A DNA stretch of 62,528 nt, the filler included, from Porpidia crustulata (lineage: Eukaryota), in the NCBI GenBank assembly GCA_964255105.1. It is 4 parts of 4 records of this genome, joined end to end, with 100 filler letters (N's around TTAATTAATTAA, not from the genome) between each part and the next. Parts side by side here need not be neighbours in the genome. Positions count along the whole stretch, not along the records: positions 1 to 15,567 come from CAXUWE010000296.1; 3 more parts are not named here. One strand, given 5' to 3'. Positions 1-12,084 of the stretch are shown one piece after another. The notes under the pieces were generated by a model. That model was not told the DNA's origin. It ran no database searches and saw only the letters and a program-made list of their open reading frames with translations. A program made the translations under genes and the position numbers. Each line of letters begins with the position of its first letter. Position 1 is the first letter of the stretch.

Positions 1-925
1 GGGTTAAGGTGGGGGGGTTGAAGGGCCTCTGGTGCGAAACATATTCGTTCATCCGCCGGTTCATTTCATCTCCTCGCTGCATTATCCAGGAACCCAACCA
101 CAACGTTCTTTCTTTTCAAGAAATCCTCCCATCTCCTATATGAAGTCTCAAATCTCAAATCTCCCAGTCCATTCGCTTCCTCTCCTCCTTCACTTCCTCT
201 CCTCACCCCCTTCTCCAAATTCCAAATTCCAAATTCCAAATTCCAATCCATAGCTCTCCTCGTCAATTATCTGGAAGTTGTTTGGACCGAATGGTCATGT
301 GTATAGGTTTCTTCTTGTTTGTTTTGGTAATATTCTTCCTTTCATTCTCTGAGAACTCTTTTGGTGAATTGATTAATCGCCGTCACCCTTCCCCGCCACC
401 CTGCACACCTCGACTCCTCACAGGAGAACTCCGCTTCTTTGATCACAAGGCGTGAGTGCTGGATAGGAAGTCAAGAGCTTGCATTCCCAATGAGTCAAAC
501 CCCAAATTGCGTTTTCATGCAAAGTTCATGCAAAGAAAATCATTTCTGCTAACCTAAGGTATCTTATTGTACAAAAACTATGTCCCCGCGCGCAACCTTC
601 CGTAAATAGAGTACAGCAGTGCATAGCCGCCAGCAGAATCGCCGCAGAATATACACATATTCTTTGTCTCATGATAACCTCCCTGAACTTAGCGATCGAC
701 ATCCCTTGAATTAACTAACACCACGCAAAAGAAAAATGTAAAGCACAAAAATCCACTGCTAAATCCCCAGGAGTAGTCCGGGATATATCCAGGAGATCGG
801 TGCAGCTGCCATTGTGCTTGTCAGGTATGCTGACCATGAAATGAGAAACTTGAATTGCGCACACGTAAATCGTGAACGAAAGCCGAATACGTCAATCTTG
901 AATAGCAGTACCATATCACAATCAC

Positions 926-3609
926 TTAGGTCCAATCAATCTCAGCAGTGACAAGCTGATATTCGCTATCCAGAGACGACGGGTCTTCGCCAGTGGGAGC
1001 AGTCCAGCTGATCAACATCTTCGACCCTCCATTGTAAATATCATCGGTGCCATAGTATCTTGACTGGACACCACCCGAGTATATGTATTTCCCGTTCTTG
1101 CCTGGCGAAGCCTTGTAAAGGACTTGTTGGTCGGACCATGGGTATTTGGTGAGATTCTCGACATAATCGCTATTTGCATCTCCACCTGGAGCATATCCCG
1201 GGAGGATCGGCGAGGGTGCCTTCAAGTAACGATAATAGAAGGTACTATCGGCATATATCGTCAAGTAGACAACAATGAACGTAAGGTGGCGAGGTGAGTA
1301 AAATACGTCAACGTCCATATAGGGTCCAGTGAGGAAGAAAGCTTTCGAATCCGTGCTTGGCATTGCTGAACTCCAAGAGCTCCCTCCCCAGTACTGGTAC
1401 TAGATCGAGGTCAGTAGATTGTCTTGCATCGGACTCCGAAGTTCATACCGAACTACGATCTGCCACACTACCTGGAGAAGTTCTACCCAAAAGTACACCG
1501 CCTGAAGTAATCCCGAAGACGTAAACCTTTCCATCAGCCCCCCCAACTCCAGAAGGACCCCACGAGCGAATACCGCCACTGCAGCCGAATTCTATCTCGT
1601 CCTGGTCGAACAGCTTGTCCACGGCACGCTGAGCGACAGGTCCGCCTTGACCACCAGCAGTCACCGTGAGTAACGTATTGCCAGTGTACGTGAAGACTGC
1701 TGCCTTGGTAGCCATGTTAACGTTGTCGTATACAATCGGCGCATACATGAGACTTGTCTCAGCATCCAACGGAATTAACGCAGACTCGGGCCATATAGCG
1801 TATCGCTGTCCGTTACCTTGCATGGCCTGATTGTAGGCGAATTCCCCCTCGGTAAGAGGAGCGAAGCCACGCATACGACCGACATCATCACTCCACTCGC
1901 CAATACCATCTTGAAGATGTAATGCCTTTCCGCTCAGGCCATTCATACCTACATCGACTGCTGCCGAGCTAGATACGAATGCAAGGAAATTTCCATTGGA
2001 ACCTGACAATGGAGCCGTGTATGATCCAGTATCACAAAAGATGAATAGGTGCTGACCGTTGACGTAGCCACCTCGACCACCATCGCGTGAAAGATGAGGG
2101 GTACCTTTGAGTGGCGAAAGCATCGATTGGGTCGATATGTTGACTTGTAAGACGCCAGTCTCGGAGGAAAGATCGTAACCAGTCGAAAGGTCGCCATTTA
2201 CACCAGGAACGAGAAGACTCGAGGCGAGCGTGATGGTAGTCCCACTTTGCATGTTGATGTACTGCGTGGACGGCTGGTTCTGGCTTGGACCTTGCAAGTG
2301 AGAAGATGCGACTGCTGGTGCAATGACTGCACTTCCCGTTGCATATACAATGCCCACATTAGAGGCAGTCGATGAGGAGCTGGAAGATGTGTTGGTGACC
2401 GAGCTAGACCTCGATGAGGTCTGACTGGAGCTTGACGTGGCACTAGATGTTGCCGTCTGGCTTGATAGAGATGTCGAAGTCGAAGATGACGCAAATCCTT
2501 TTCGTACTGCGCCTTCTATTTTACCATTTGATGCCACAGGATGATTGATTGAGGACTTGAGATAGCAGTCGTCCTGGTCGAGAGTTCGACTGGGTACAAA
2601 AATAGCTGCAATACACTTGACCCCACCATGATCATAGTTGTAGGCGTCGCATTTCTGAACACACCCCACGAATGAACCTGTAAGGTAAAAGGGCTGGATA
2701 CCATCCTTGTAATCCGTTCCACAGACAACTGTATAGTCAATTTTAGCGTCAGAAGTGTAGCCAGTCCCATTATCCGCTGGACACAGGGTTGCAGTCGCAG
2801 CCACGGAAGTGGAAATTGCGCTAGGGAATGAAAGTACAAAGGACTGGTACCCTCCATCACCAGGATTACCAGTAGCACTTGTAGAAGTAGAAGTAGAAGT
2901 AGAAGTGGCGCGCTGAAGAAGGCGAGCCCGAATGGAGGAAGTGCTCACGACATCGCGAGTGCGAGTTTGAGATGCGCCGAGCTCATTGTCTGCAGTAGCC
3001 AATCCATGACTCCTACCACTTGCACCGTTGTGCAATGTATGCCCGGCATCAGTACAATTTCCGAGAGCTAGTACATGTAGAATTAGCCACCAACCTTTTA
3101 TAGGGCGCTCTTTCTTCGCTTACCAGCGGGACATTGATGGCCAGTCTTGGTGGATGTAGCGTCTGGCTCATTGACTGCGGCCGTAGCTTTGAGATTCTTA
3201 TCGATAGAGTTGACTGCTCTTGATACATCGAATTCCTCCAAGACTGCAGCTATAGGTGCAGCATTTTGGATCACGAGTGGCACGATAGGAGTCAGAGAGA
3301 TATCAGCGGACTCAAGACAGCTTTTCATAGCCACACAAGGATTTGGATCGACAGGGACGTCGACTGAAGCTGGTATGTAGTTAGCTCACCCGACCAAACA
3401 TGGTAGTCCAACTATTACTTACTTGAGTTTCCTCCAGTATTGCCGTCTACGTTGCTGCCTGAGCTAGCGAGACTCTGATCGATGCGATGCCCATGATCGC
3501 CGTGACGATGACCTCGAACGTGTTGCGGGCGGGCGTTACAGGAAGTAAATGAAGAGGATGCCGTAAGCACAACCACAGCTAAGCCGGCAGTGGCGAGGTT
3601 AACTTTCAT
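926..3609 (-). CDS. Secreted protein with PAN/apple-like Cys module, Ser/Thr linkers and a C-terminal DUF4185-like domain; 4 exons (3609-3423, 3369-3124, 3067-1449, 1399-926)
   Basis: Signal peptide MKVNLATAGLAVVVLTA. Three GT..AG introns with CTAAC/CTAAT/CTGAC branch sites join four ORFs in frame. Apple-like motif YTVVCGTDY..CVQKC..CIAAIF..DCYLKS. Motif SRDGGRGG..HLFIFCDT resembles fungal DUF4185 proteins. Confidence 0.75.
2880..2906. repeat. (GTAGAA)n coding microsatellite giving a Ser-Thr repeat
   Basis: gtagaagtagaagtagaagtagaagt; translates on the minus strand to TSTSTSTSTS. Confidence 0.8.
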
Positions 3610-4861
3610 GCTGGCCTGACCAGAGGCATCAGCTTGAGAGTTTGAGATATGAAAGATAGCTTGTGAAATGGTTTCGATGGGTTTGGAAAGGACAAGGGTT
3701 CCACTCACACCCTCGGCGCTTGGTTGGTTCTTGAAATCTACGAACTTAATTTCAATGTGGAGGAGAGTTTAGAAGTGAAGGTTCAATGAGTGTTTGCTCA
3801 ACTCCGCTGCAACATAAAATTGGTGAAAAATGAGGGTGAGTTGCTGGAATTTTAGTGCTTTGATGATGTTATTATGAAAATGAAAGGAAGGTAGAAGGTG
3901 GTGAAAGAAAACAATGGCAAGCTCACTCTCACCACTATCAACAAGCGGAAATTAAAGCCGGCCTTCACTATCGCGCTTAGGGCAAGGGTAGCGGCTACGA
4001 TGACCGTAAATAGGGATACTGGCAATGAAGTGATTGGGTCATATCAGCCGGCCTTGCCCATCGGAGACGAGCTCAAGTCGTACATGGAGGAAGGTGCAGT
4101 ACAAGACAAGTGCAAGAACCCGTACACAAACTGTCAGCGCTTCTTCTTACACCCTTCATATGATACTGTGCTATACTGCTATGCAATGAGAAGAGACCGC
4201 TACCAGGTCTATCAATGACGATCTGGAAGTAAAGAAGAGGGAAAGACGCCACGGTGGCCGTTCACGATATTGTACGAAGTCGTTGCTACTTCACATAAAC
4301 AGCATCAAGTGCCCTGCTTTCTTTAGACGCTTCATGCTACTTCCTTGCAATCGGAATGTGCCTATGTGAAAGTACTTTCCTCAACCGATAGCGTTTGCCT
4401 ACATTGCATATCAGGCTGCCGCGTCAACTGACTCGCCTGATTAAGATGGTCACACTGTTCCTTACCTCTTCTGGCTGCCTGAAACTTCGAATGCACACTA
4501 CTAAGGTCTTGCAGACCAGGCCTGCTTCGCACAACATCGGAAGTGCGTCTTTGCCAGCGTAAGATTGTGGAGTTTCAAGAGTGGTTGAAGATATCAATGC
4601 ATAGGATGAATTTTTGCACAGATTGGTTCTTTTTCATGCACCTGCTCCATTGTATTACGATCAGCTTGTACATATGTAGAGTCCAGAACGCGAAGCATAG
4701 AAATTAAGCTCATAGCCAGAAGCATTTGAGGGGCAGGAAGTTACCTTCATGGGTGCTCTTGCAATTCGGTATATCACATGAGCTGCAGGGTGGTCTCGTT
4801 CCGACTTTATGCTGCTACCAGGCCCTAAGCGAATCCGAAGAGAGCTTGGTGGCCATCGGTA

Positions 4862-5856
4862 TCATTCGGCCTCTTTGACCTGTTCTCTAAGGTTTGGTGC
4901 TGTTCCCTGCGTAGTCACATTGCCCTTTTCCATGTCTGCCGCCCATAGTGCCGCTCCAACAGTGTTCGTGAATGCAAACAAGATGGACGCTACAGGTACC
5001 AATTCAAGGAGAACAGCAGCCACACCAAAGCTGGAGTAGGTACTCATTAGTCGATTGATGTGCATGGGGGACATTGTGCATATCCATACCTGGTGTACGC
5101 AGCTTGGTGCTCCTCGATATGCTTTTGCCTCTGCGAAGCATTCCACTCTTTCAATTGAAAGTACCTTGAATGTGCAGCTGGCCCAGCCCGCTTACCCTGC
5201 AACACCACGAATATGGCCGTACCAATGACAGGAATGAAGTTCAAGGGCAGATACATGAAGTATCTAATCAAAGCTCTGGGCGTGAACTTGGCAAAGGGCT
5301 TCTTGATCATTTTGCCTAGCTTGGCCATTGGATCACCTCCTGCCTTGATTTGTCTTCCCTCTGAGACCAAATCTGTAGTATTTTTTGAAACGAGGACTCC
5401 ATCGAATGTGTCCACCAGGGCATCTTCTATCAAGAAATTCTTGCTGAGCATGGTAAAGATTGTAGAGCTTTCACTAAGAACAAGAACAGCAGCGCTAATT
5501 GCGGCGAGCGGACCACTAGTAAAAGCCATGATAGCCATTTGAGGAACGTAAGTAAAGATAAACATGAAGGTTGTAATGCCTAGACCTAAGAATATAGTCG
5601 GGGCAAGCTTCGAGGTCAAAGGCTTCCATAGGCTACGGTGGGAGAAGAAGTAGAAGATACCCTGGTCATTCTTATCAGTGACCATTGTTTAACCGAGAGT
5701 CTCCACTGCTGATGGCGAAGCTACAAGATGTGGTGCTCATTTGGAAATACTGACCCTAATAGGATAGAAGTATGCACCAGACCTCGCTGCATCTCTGGCT
5801 AGAATCTTAATGTGCTCAGCTTCTCCGACAGCCACTTCTTTAACCTTTTCTGCCAT
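4862..5856 (-). CDS. EI24-domain membrane protein, RRT8/LDS-like; 3 exons
   Basis: MAEKVKEVAV..AYFYPIR / intron 5754-5662 / GIFYFFSHRSLWKP..LIEDALVDTFDGVL..LPLNFIPVIG..HSRYFQLKEW / intron / SFGVAAVLLELVP..TNTVGAALWAADME. Several TM helices. Confidence 0.8.
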
Positions 5857-6867
5857 TGTTTATCTAAGGAAATCTATGCGAACGAGAACGAGGGTTTTGG
5901 TGAAGTGCTGTTGAAGAGTAAATCATGAAGCGCAATGATACCAAGTTTGTTCTTGCGTAAACTTCTCCGATCGCCCTACGTCATTGCAGGCTCAGCAAGT
6001 AGAGAAAGGCTTGCCGATCACTCGGCTATTAGCTCCCTGGCAGCCCGCACCCCATGTTGCGTCTATCTAGAATTCTTCGTCTTCATCTGTTTTTGAATGC
6101 GATACACAGAATACTCGTAAATCGCCAACACGATATCAAGGACAAATATCCTTTAGTAGCAATGTACATTAAATCGTATAAAAATCTTTACCATCAATAA
6201 AGGGATCTAATTGAATTGCTCAATACAACTACATTGGAGCAACGGCTCACAGTCCGATCTTCTCACGTAGTGGTTTTTGACGTAGAGCTACTCAAGAAGT
6301 AACTCTCCTGCATTGTAGTTCTTATCCAATCTTATACCTTCTATGCCATAAAGAGTCTCGTACTTGACAATCGATGTGAGCTTCTTATATCATCAACTGA
6401 TACGGTTGTTGCCGCATTACCATGATCGCCATGGCAAATTTGTGCATCGGACGTGGTAGATCATTTCCATACTCCTAAGTCATCTCATTCTTGACTCAGG
6501 CAATCTTGTCACTGTTCTAGGTGATTCTGGGGAATCGATGGTCTCGCTGATAGATGCGCGTGTGGCCTCGAAATGTAAGGCACTGGCTTTATGACCAAAG
6601 TACTTATGAGCGCTGGGCCTTTTGATTGTCTATAGCGAGAAGCGAGAAGCTTTAAAGACCAGGTATAGTATGTGTCTTCTATGCGTGTGGGTGATAATGG
6701 CTCAGAAACTATGCTATTTCAATCTTGGAATTTGGGACTAATCGTGGTAAGAGATCGCCCCAATAGAAAGAAATGATGATATGAGGTTTCTTACTTTAAT
6801 AACCATGATCTGCTACTTAATGTTGCTAGAGCATATTTCTTGCGTCCGAAGTCAAAGCTGAATCTCA

Positions 6868-7800
6868 CTATTTCTCCGTCACTTCATGTGTTTTCATCCA
6901 TAATCTCAGGGTATCCAAACCCCGCTTGGCGGAGATCAGTCGGTCCTGGAATCCAATCAACGTCTAATTCAGGCTATCATGCAGGAATAAACTCACCACA
7001 ATGAACGTAGGTACAAATTTCGAAACATACCGCACAGCAGTAGCCGTACTTCCTCTCCAAATCCTTCCCTCCTTTCCCCCAAGTACATCCGCAACGACTC
7101 TAGCCGCAAAAGTATCCCCATCCATTGCTTTCGTGATGTTTTTCCCAGTGGCAATGGCCGCGATCTGTTTCTGAATAGGCTGATAGTATGAATTTGGCGG
7201 AAGCTGTAGCTCAGGAGTATTGACAAAGAACTTCGACGTTACGGTCCCAACCATCGCCGTAACAACTTTCACATTGAGTGGTGCCAGTTCAAGGCGTAGA
7301 GTCTCGGAAAAACTTGTCGTTGCAGCCTTGGAAGCCGAATAGAGTCCAATCCATGGCGTATGCACTTCACCCCCCACCGAGCTGATATTCAGCACTGTCC
7401 CACCATGTTTTCCGATTATTAGCAAGGGCACAAACGCTTGCACCATCGCCAACATTCCCCAGAAGTTGACTTCAAACAATTTCCTCCCCTCTCCTAACGA
7501 CGCATCGACTAACGGCATTGTATACCCTACACCCGAGTTGTTCACCAAGATATCCAAACCTTTGCCATCGGTTTTCTGCTTGAAATACTCTACTGCAGTA
7601 GCAATGGAAGTAGGAGACGTGACATCAAGGCTGAGAAGGGTGACATTAGGGAGAGAGGCCAGGTGAGCTGCTTTTTGTGGCGTACGAACGGCGGCAAAGA
7701 CATGGAAATTTCGGCGTTGGAAGGCGATGGCGAGGGCTGATCCAATACCACCAGCGGATGCGCCCGTAATGAGAACGGTCTTGAAGGGATCTGATGACAT
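6868..7800 (-). CDS. Short-chain dehydrogenase/reductase, Ayr1-like; 2 exons
   Basis: TVLITGASAGGIG Rossmann motif, LVNNSG, catalytic YSASK. GTGAGT intron near 6996 leads to a last exon DRLISAKRGLDTL..TEK*. Confidence 0.88.
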
Positions 7801-8569
7801 TATAGGAAAGATTATGAGAGAGGACGGCGAAGCGGTAGATAGATGAGGAAGGTCAAGAATCAATAGAAACTTCAAGATCTTCTCGATTTTGCGAGTGAGT
7901 ACGAATGGTATTCTGGGATTCTTCGAGAAATTTTGTGAATCTTAGATAATATCAAGGAGGACAGTATAGGAAAGGATAAGCAGGACTTCAATGTTATCGA
8001 AGACTAGAAGGGTGTTACCAAGAGAACGGATAACTCGAAAAAGGACCACTTGATATAGGTTTCGGTCTCAAGAATACTTGAAGGTTTCTATGTTGTGAGA
8101 GTCTAGTAATTCTACAAATTATATATTCCACGATTACACTGGGCGCAAATGTACTGCTTTCCAAAGCTAATACCTGTCTATGATGCCTACCCAAGAGATT
8201 TCTGGCCTAACAGCAGCTGATTTTATACGCGCGCGGCAGTGTGGTTTGCAAATTCTGAAGTTATGGTCTAGGGGTTATTAGACCTGAGAAACGAAAGTCA
8301 GTGAAGGATCAAGGTCACTTCATCAGCTGACTCTTTACTACTGGTAGTCGAACCTTGTGGAAAACGTATTAATGACAATTTCCCGTCGAATCGAAAATCC
8401 AATCCTCGCAAATGGAAAGAAACCATCAGGATACGAGTTCTCTTTGAGAATCCTCGAAGCGCTACTGCTCATACACTAAGCGGATGACATGCCGGAGAAA
8501 CAGCTGAACTTCTACGAGGCTCGAACAATACAAAGGGCTCCTAGCTACTCCCGCCACATTTCTCTCTCC

Positions 8570-8946
8570 CTAACTCGCACCCGCACCCCCCATCCTTACG
8601 CTAGAAATTTTCACCGTAGCAGCCCACTGTGTCCTAAACCCATAGAACCGATCCGTCCCACACTCCGGACAAAACGCCATGCCAACACCCAACCACACCC
8701 TCAAATCTTCGCCTTCAACGTTCACGTATTTACACAGCGGCTAGCTCATGTTAGCTCTATCACAGCGTTCGTAAAAGGTAATGTAAAAGGGAGTCGGGGA
8801 AGACAAACGCAGGACCAATAGTCACGGTGGTAGCCGCGGAGGTATCTCGCGTGGTCGGGTATGCGATTGAGATGATCCGCGTGCTCATGGCGGAAGAAGT
8901 CCTCGGGGGTGTTGATAAAGACATAGTTGGTATGGACTTCGGCCAT
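8570..8946 (-). CDS. Small (~102 aa) zinc-ribbon protein, RanBP2-finger-like; 2 exons (8946-8809, 8740-8570)
   Basis: A 68-nt intron (GTTTGT..GCTAAC..TAG, 8808-8741) joins YWSC to PLCKYVN..FCPECGTDR, giving W-x-C-x2-C-x3-N..C-x2-C-G. Confidence 0.6.
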
Positions 8947-9820
8947 GTTACGTTGTAATTATTCTACCTCGCTTCTGTGCGCTGTGACATTTTGGAGCTA
9001 GGTTTGCTTATTGAAGTGTGAGCTGCTGGTTGTTTGTTGTATGTATTATCATTGATGTCAACGGTTTTGAATATTGAATTGACAAAGATTGCTGAAGTCT
9101 AGTAGTTTGGGCTTGAAAATTGTATGATGATTCAGTCTGAGTAATCTCGAATGAGCCATGGTTAGTGGTCCTAGACCTCACACCTAACTCATCAGTAGAT
9201 AACAACAAACAGGTTTAGTGCTAACGGCATGGTCGAGATGTGATCTCAATGTCATGAAAGCACAGTTTGGCTTTGCATTTTCCTCCAAGACCCTTCACTC
9301 TCAGAAATGGCATTTAGTTCCGAAGCAAGGCAAAACAACATTGGAGATGAAGTAGAATTTCCAGAAATCGTGGTATGAAAACGTCCGAATTCTTCTTATG
9401 GCACCTAGAAGCTCGTGTGTATTGCATTCAATGCGGGTGAGCTGTGATTCTAAAAAACCTACCTAAAATGAACAACGGTCGGAGATTTTCTAAGTCATAT
9501 GAAGATTACAGAATATAGATTAACATCCACTTCTCCAGGAAGTAAGTACCCCCAAAAGACCTACTATTGACAGATTCAAGTACTTTCCAAGCGTATGTAA
9601 ATACCCAATACAATTCCAAAACTCTCCAGTCACCACCTTGAACTCCGCCATGCAATGAAATCATCCCATCTTCGTATTTTGGATTTTTTCATGGACATCA
9701 AAAATATCAACGTTTCTGATTTTTTGAAGATGAGATTCATCCTCGTCTCAAATCACCAAGCAGCTGCTCGGAGAGGTCGGTACGGAGTCAAGTATGCCCG
9801 ACCTCGTGAGGGACGGACCT

Positions 9821-11197
9821 TTATGGTTCCACACTGGGGGCGCCTCGGTGCAATATGATGGAATCTCCGATTGTATAGCGTATTCCAGATTCAACATCTG
9901 GGGCATCTCTATACATAGTTGACGGCTCTCCGTTCAGGTAGTTAGCATTATCGTGGTCCGACACTAGAGCAGAAGCCCCTCTGCCATCATTGACAGCCGC
10001 ACTAGTAGTTGGCTGTGCGTGAGAGCTCGAGGTAGATGGTTCTACGAGATTATTAGGTTCATGGCCCAGGTGATTAGTCATGGTGTCTCCGCTGATGGGT
10101 CTAATCTGGCCCGGAGGATCCACTGGAGCTTCGCTAGTTGCGACGTTGACTATGGGCCGATTGATGTCTTTTTCGGGGTCGAACAGTTGCGTTTCGTTCT
10201 CATCAAAGTCTTGCCCTGGATTAGCGGTTTCATACTCAAGCCCTTGTAGGAATTTGTAAAACCCGGATGCAACGAGGGACCCAAGTCCTGGTCCAACCCA
10301 GTAGATCTGTCAAGCATTAGAGTCATGATCCGATGTAATTTAAGATTCCGACATTACCCAATGGTAGCTGAAAAACGATCGATTGATAACATCAGGTCCA
10401 AAACTACGAGCCGGGTTCAGTGATCCTCCAGTGTAGTACACGCCTGTCTGGTTTAGACACATGCACATCGAATCTGTCAGAATGCTTACCAGACAGCTCG
10501 GCAATGAAAAGAGAAAGTCCAATCCCGACCGGCGCGATGAATGTCGCTTTGTGTTTCTCAGCAGCCAACATGAAAATAGTAAAGACTAACTGTGCCGTAA
10601 GAAACATCTCGATGAAGAGTCCTTGGACGATCGAAGTTCCAGCTCCGAGTGATGTCCTCACGTTCAACTGTCCGGGAAACAGTGCCGATACAATGCCTGC
10701 TGAACATATCGCGCCAAGAATCTGGGAAACGAATATAAGGCCGCCCCGAACAGGAGGCATTGATCCCGTTACAACCATGCCAAGTGTGACCTATTCCATT
10801 TAGTAATAGCAATAATAGCCCTGTTCGAAATGCATACGGCAGGGTTGAAAAGCCCCCCACTGATTCTGAAGAACACCCAAGCGTTGACGGCGAGAGAAAA
10901 TCCGAAGCAAAGACTGATATAGAGCAGCTGGGCCGGATTGGAGCCTTGTGCTATTGTTGTGGAGACTGAACCCTGAGTCTCACTATTGGCGACCTGCGTT
11001 CCAGAGAAAGCGAAGAAAAGGAACAGAAATGTCCCAGCGAATTCGCCACACATGGCGATGAAATGGTTTCGAATAACATCAGGCAGGAAGTTAAGATATG
11101 GGACACGATTCTTTTGCGTGGTAACGCCTACTACTTTTGCATCGGGAATAATGCGACTACTAGTGACACGAGAAGGAGAAGCACCGGTATCCATCAT
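9821..11197 (-). CDS. Orthodox aquaporin (MIP family, Aqy1-like); 4 exons
   Basis: [23 protein letters not shown] and [13 protein letters not shown] motifs, IYWVGP. Introns 10837-10791, 10489-10444, 10357-10307. Confidence 0.95.
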
Positions 11198-12084
11198 CAA
11201 AGAAAATTACACAGAAAATGGACGAAAGTTGGGAGGAGGATGGCGAAGAATTGAAATACGGTAGATAAGAAAGAACTATGTATGTGTGCGAGCAATGACG
11301 AACGTAGGGACTTAGCCACAACTGTACCCGCGCGGAGGGGTTAAAGTATCTCACAAAAATAGATATTGCAAGGCCGTACGGAACACAAGCCAGTCCGTCA
11401 AGTCACTCGGTAGGAATTTTGATGAAACACAAATCCCTTCATGGACATCACCACTAGCATGAACAGTTGGAAGTCTCTGCATAAGGTGGGAGAGAAACAA
11501 GTCTAGGAAACCATCTATATGGACGGAAATCCCAAGCGATCAAATACCTTGCTGAGCCCAGCGCTACGTGGCCTAGATTGAGCGCCTGGAAGAAGTTGAA
11601 AACATTTAATAGGCGTGATAATTACCAGCAAAATGTGCTGCATCTTATGCACCTGACAATTGGAAGAAAGCCGTAGCCAAAACAATTAGCAGTCTACAAC
11701 ATGCCAGAAGCCAGCTAGACAGGCGTGTATCTGGACGACTAACAGAGATGATATTTAGAAAGTAAGGCATGTGCGTTGTTCGAAATGATTAATGATTATA
11801 ATCAATATACTTGATACTTGTATTGTTTGCGGCGTGATGACGGGATTTTTAAAGTGCGAGAAACGCTAGTCCTATCACAGGGAATCGCACCGCCGCACAT
11901 GAGCTTCGGTCACTCCTCCATCAGCTTCAACCAGCATCCACTGACAGCGAATCATCCTTCAATACCCTCATTTTCTTTTATCAACTCGTCTCGAAGTGGA
12001 CGATGACACTACATCTGCACGACCAGGACGCTCGCTAAGGGTTTATCACTGCTTCCACCTGTGTGAAACGCCTCTGTTGATAAG

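Noticed and set aside
1..250. Telomere-like start (gggttaagg) and CCAAATT tandem repeat
   Set aside because: No TTAGGG array; only about four heptamer copies in a low-complexity contig end.
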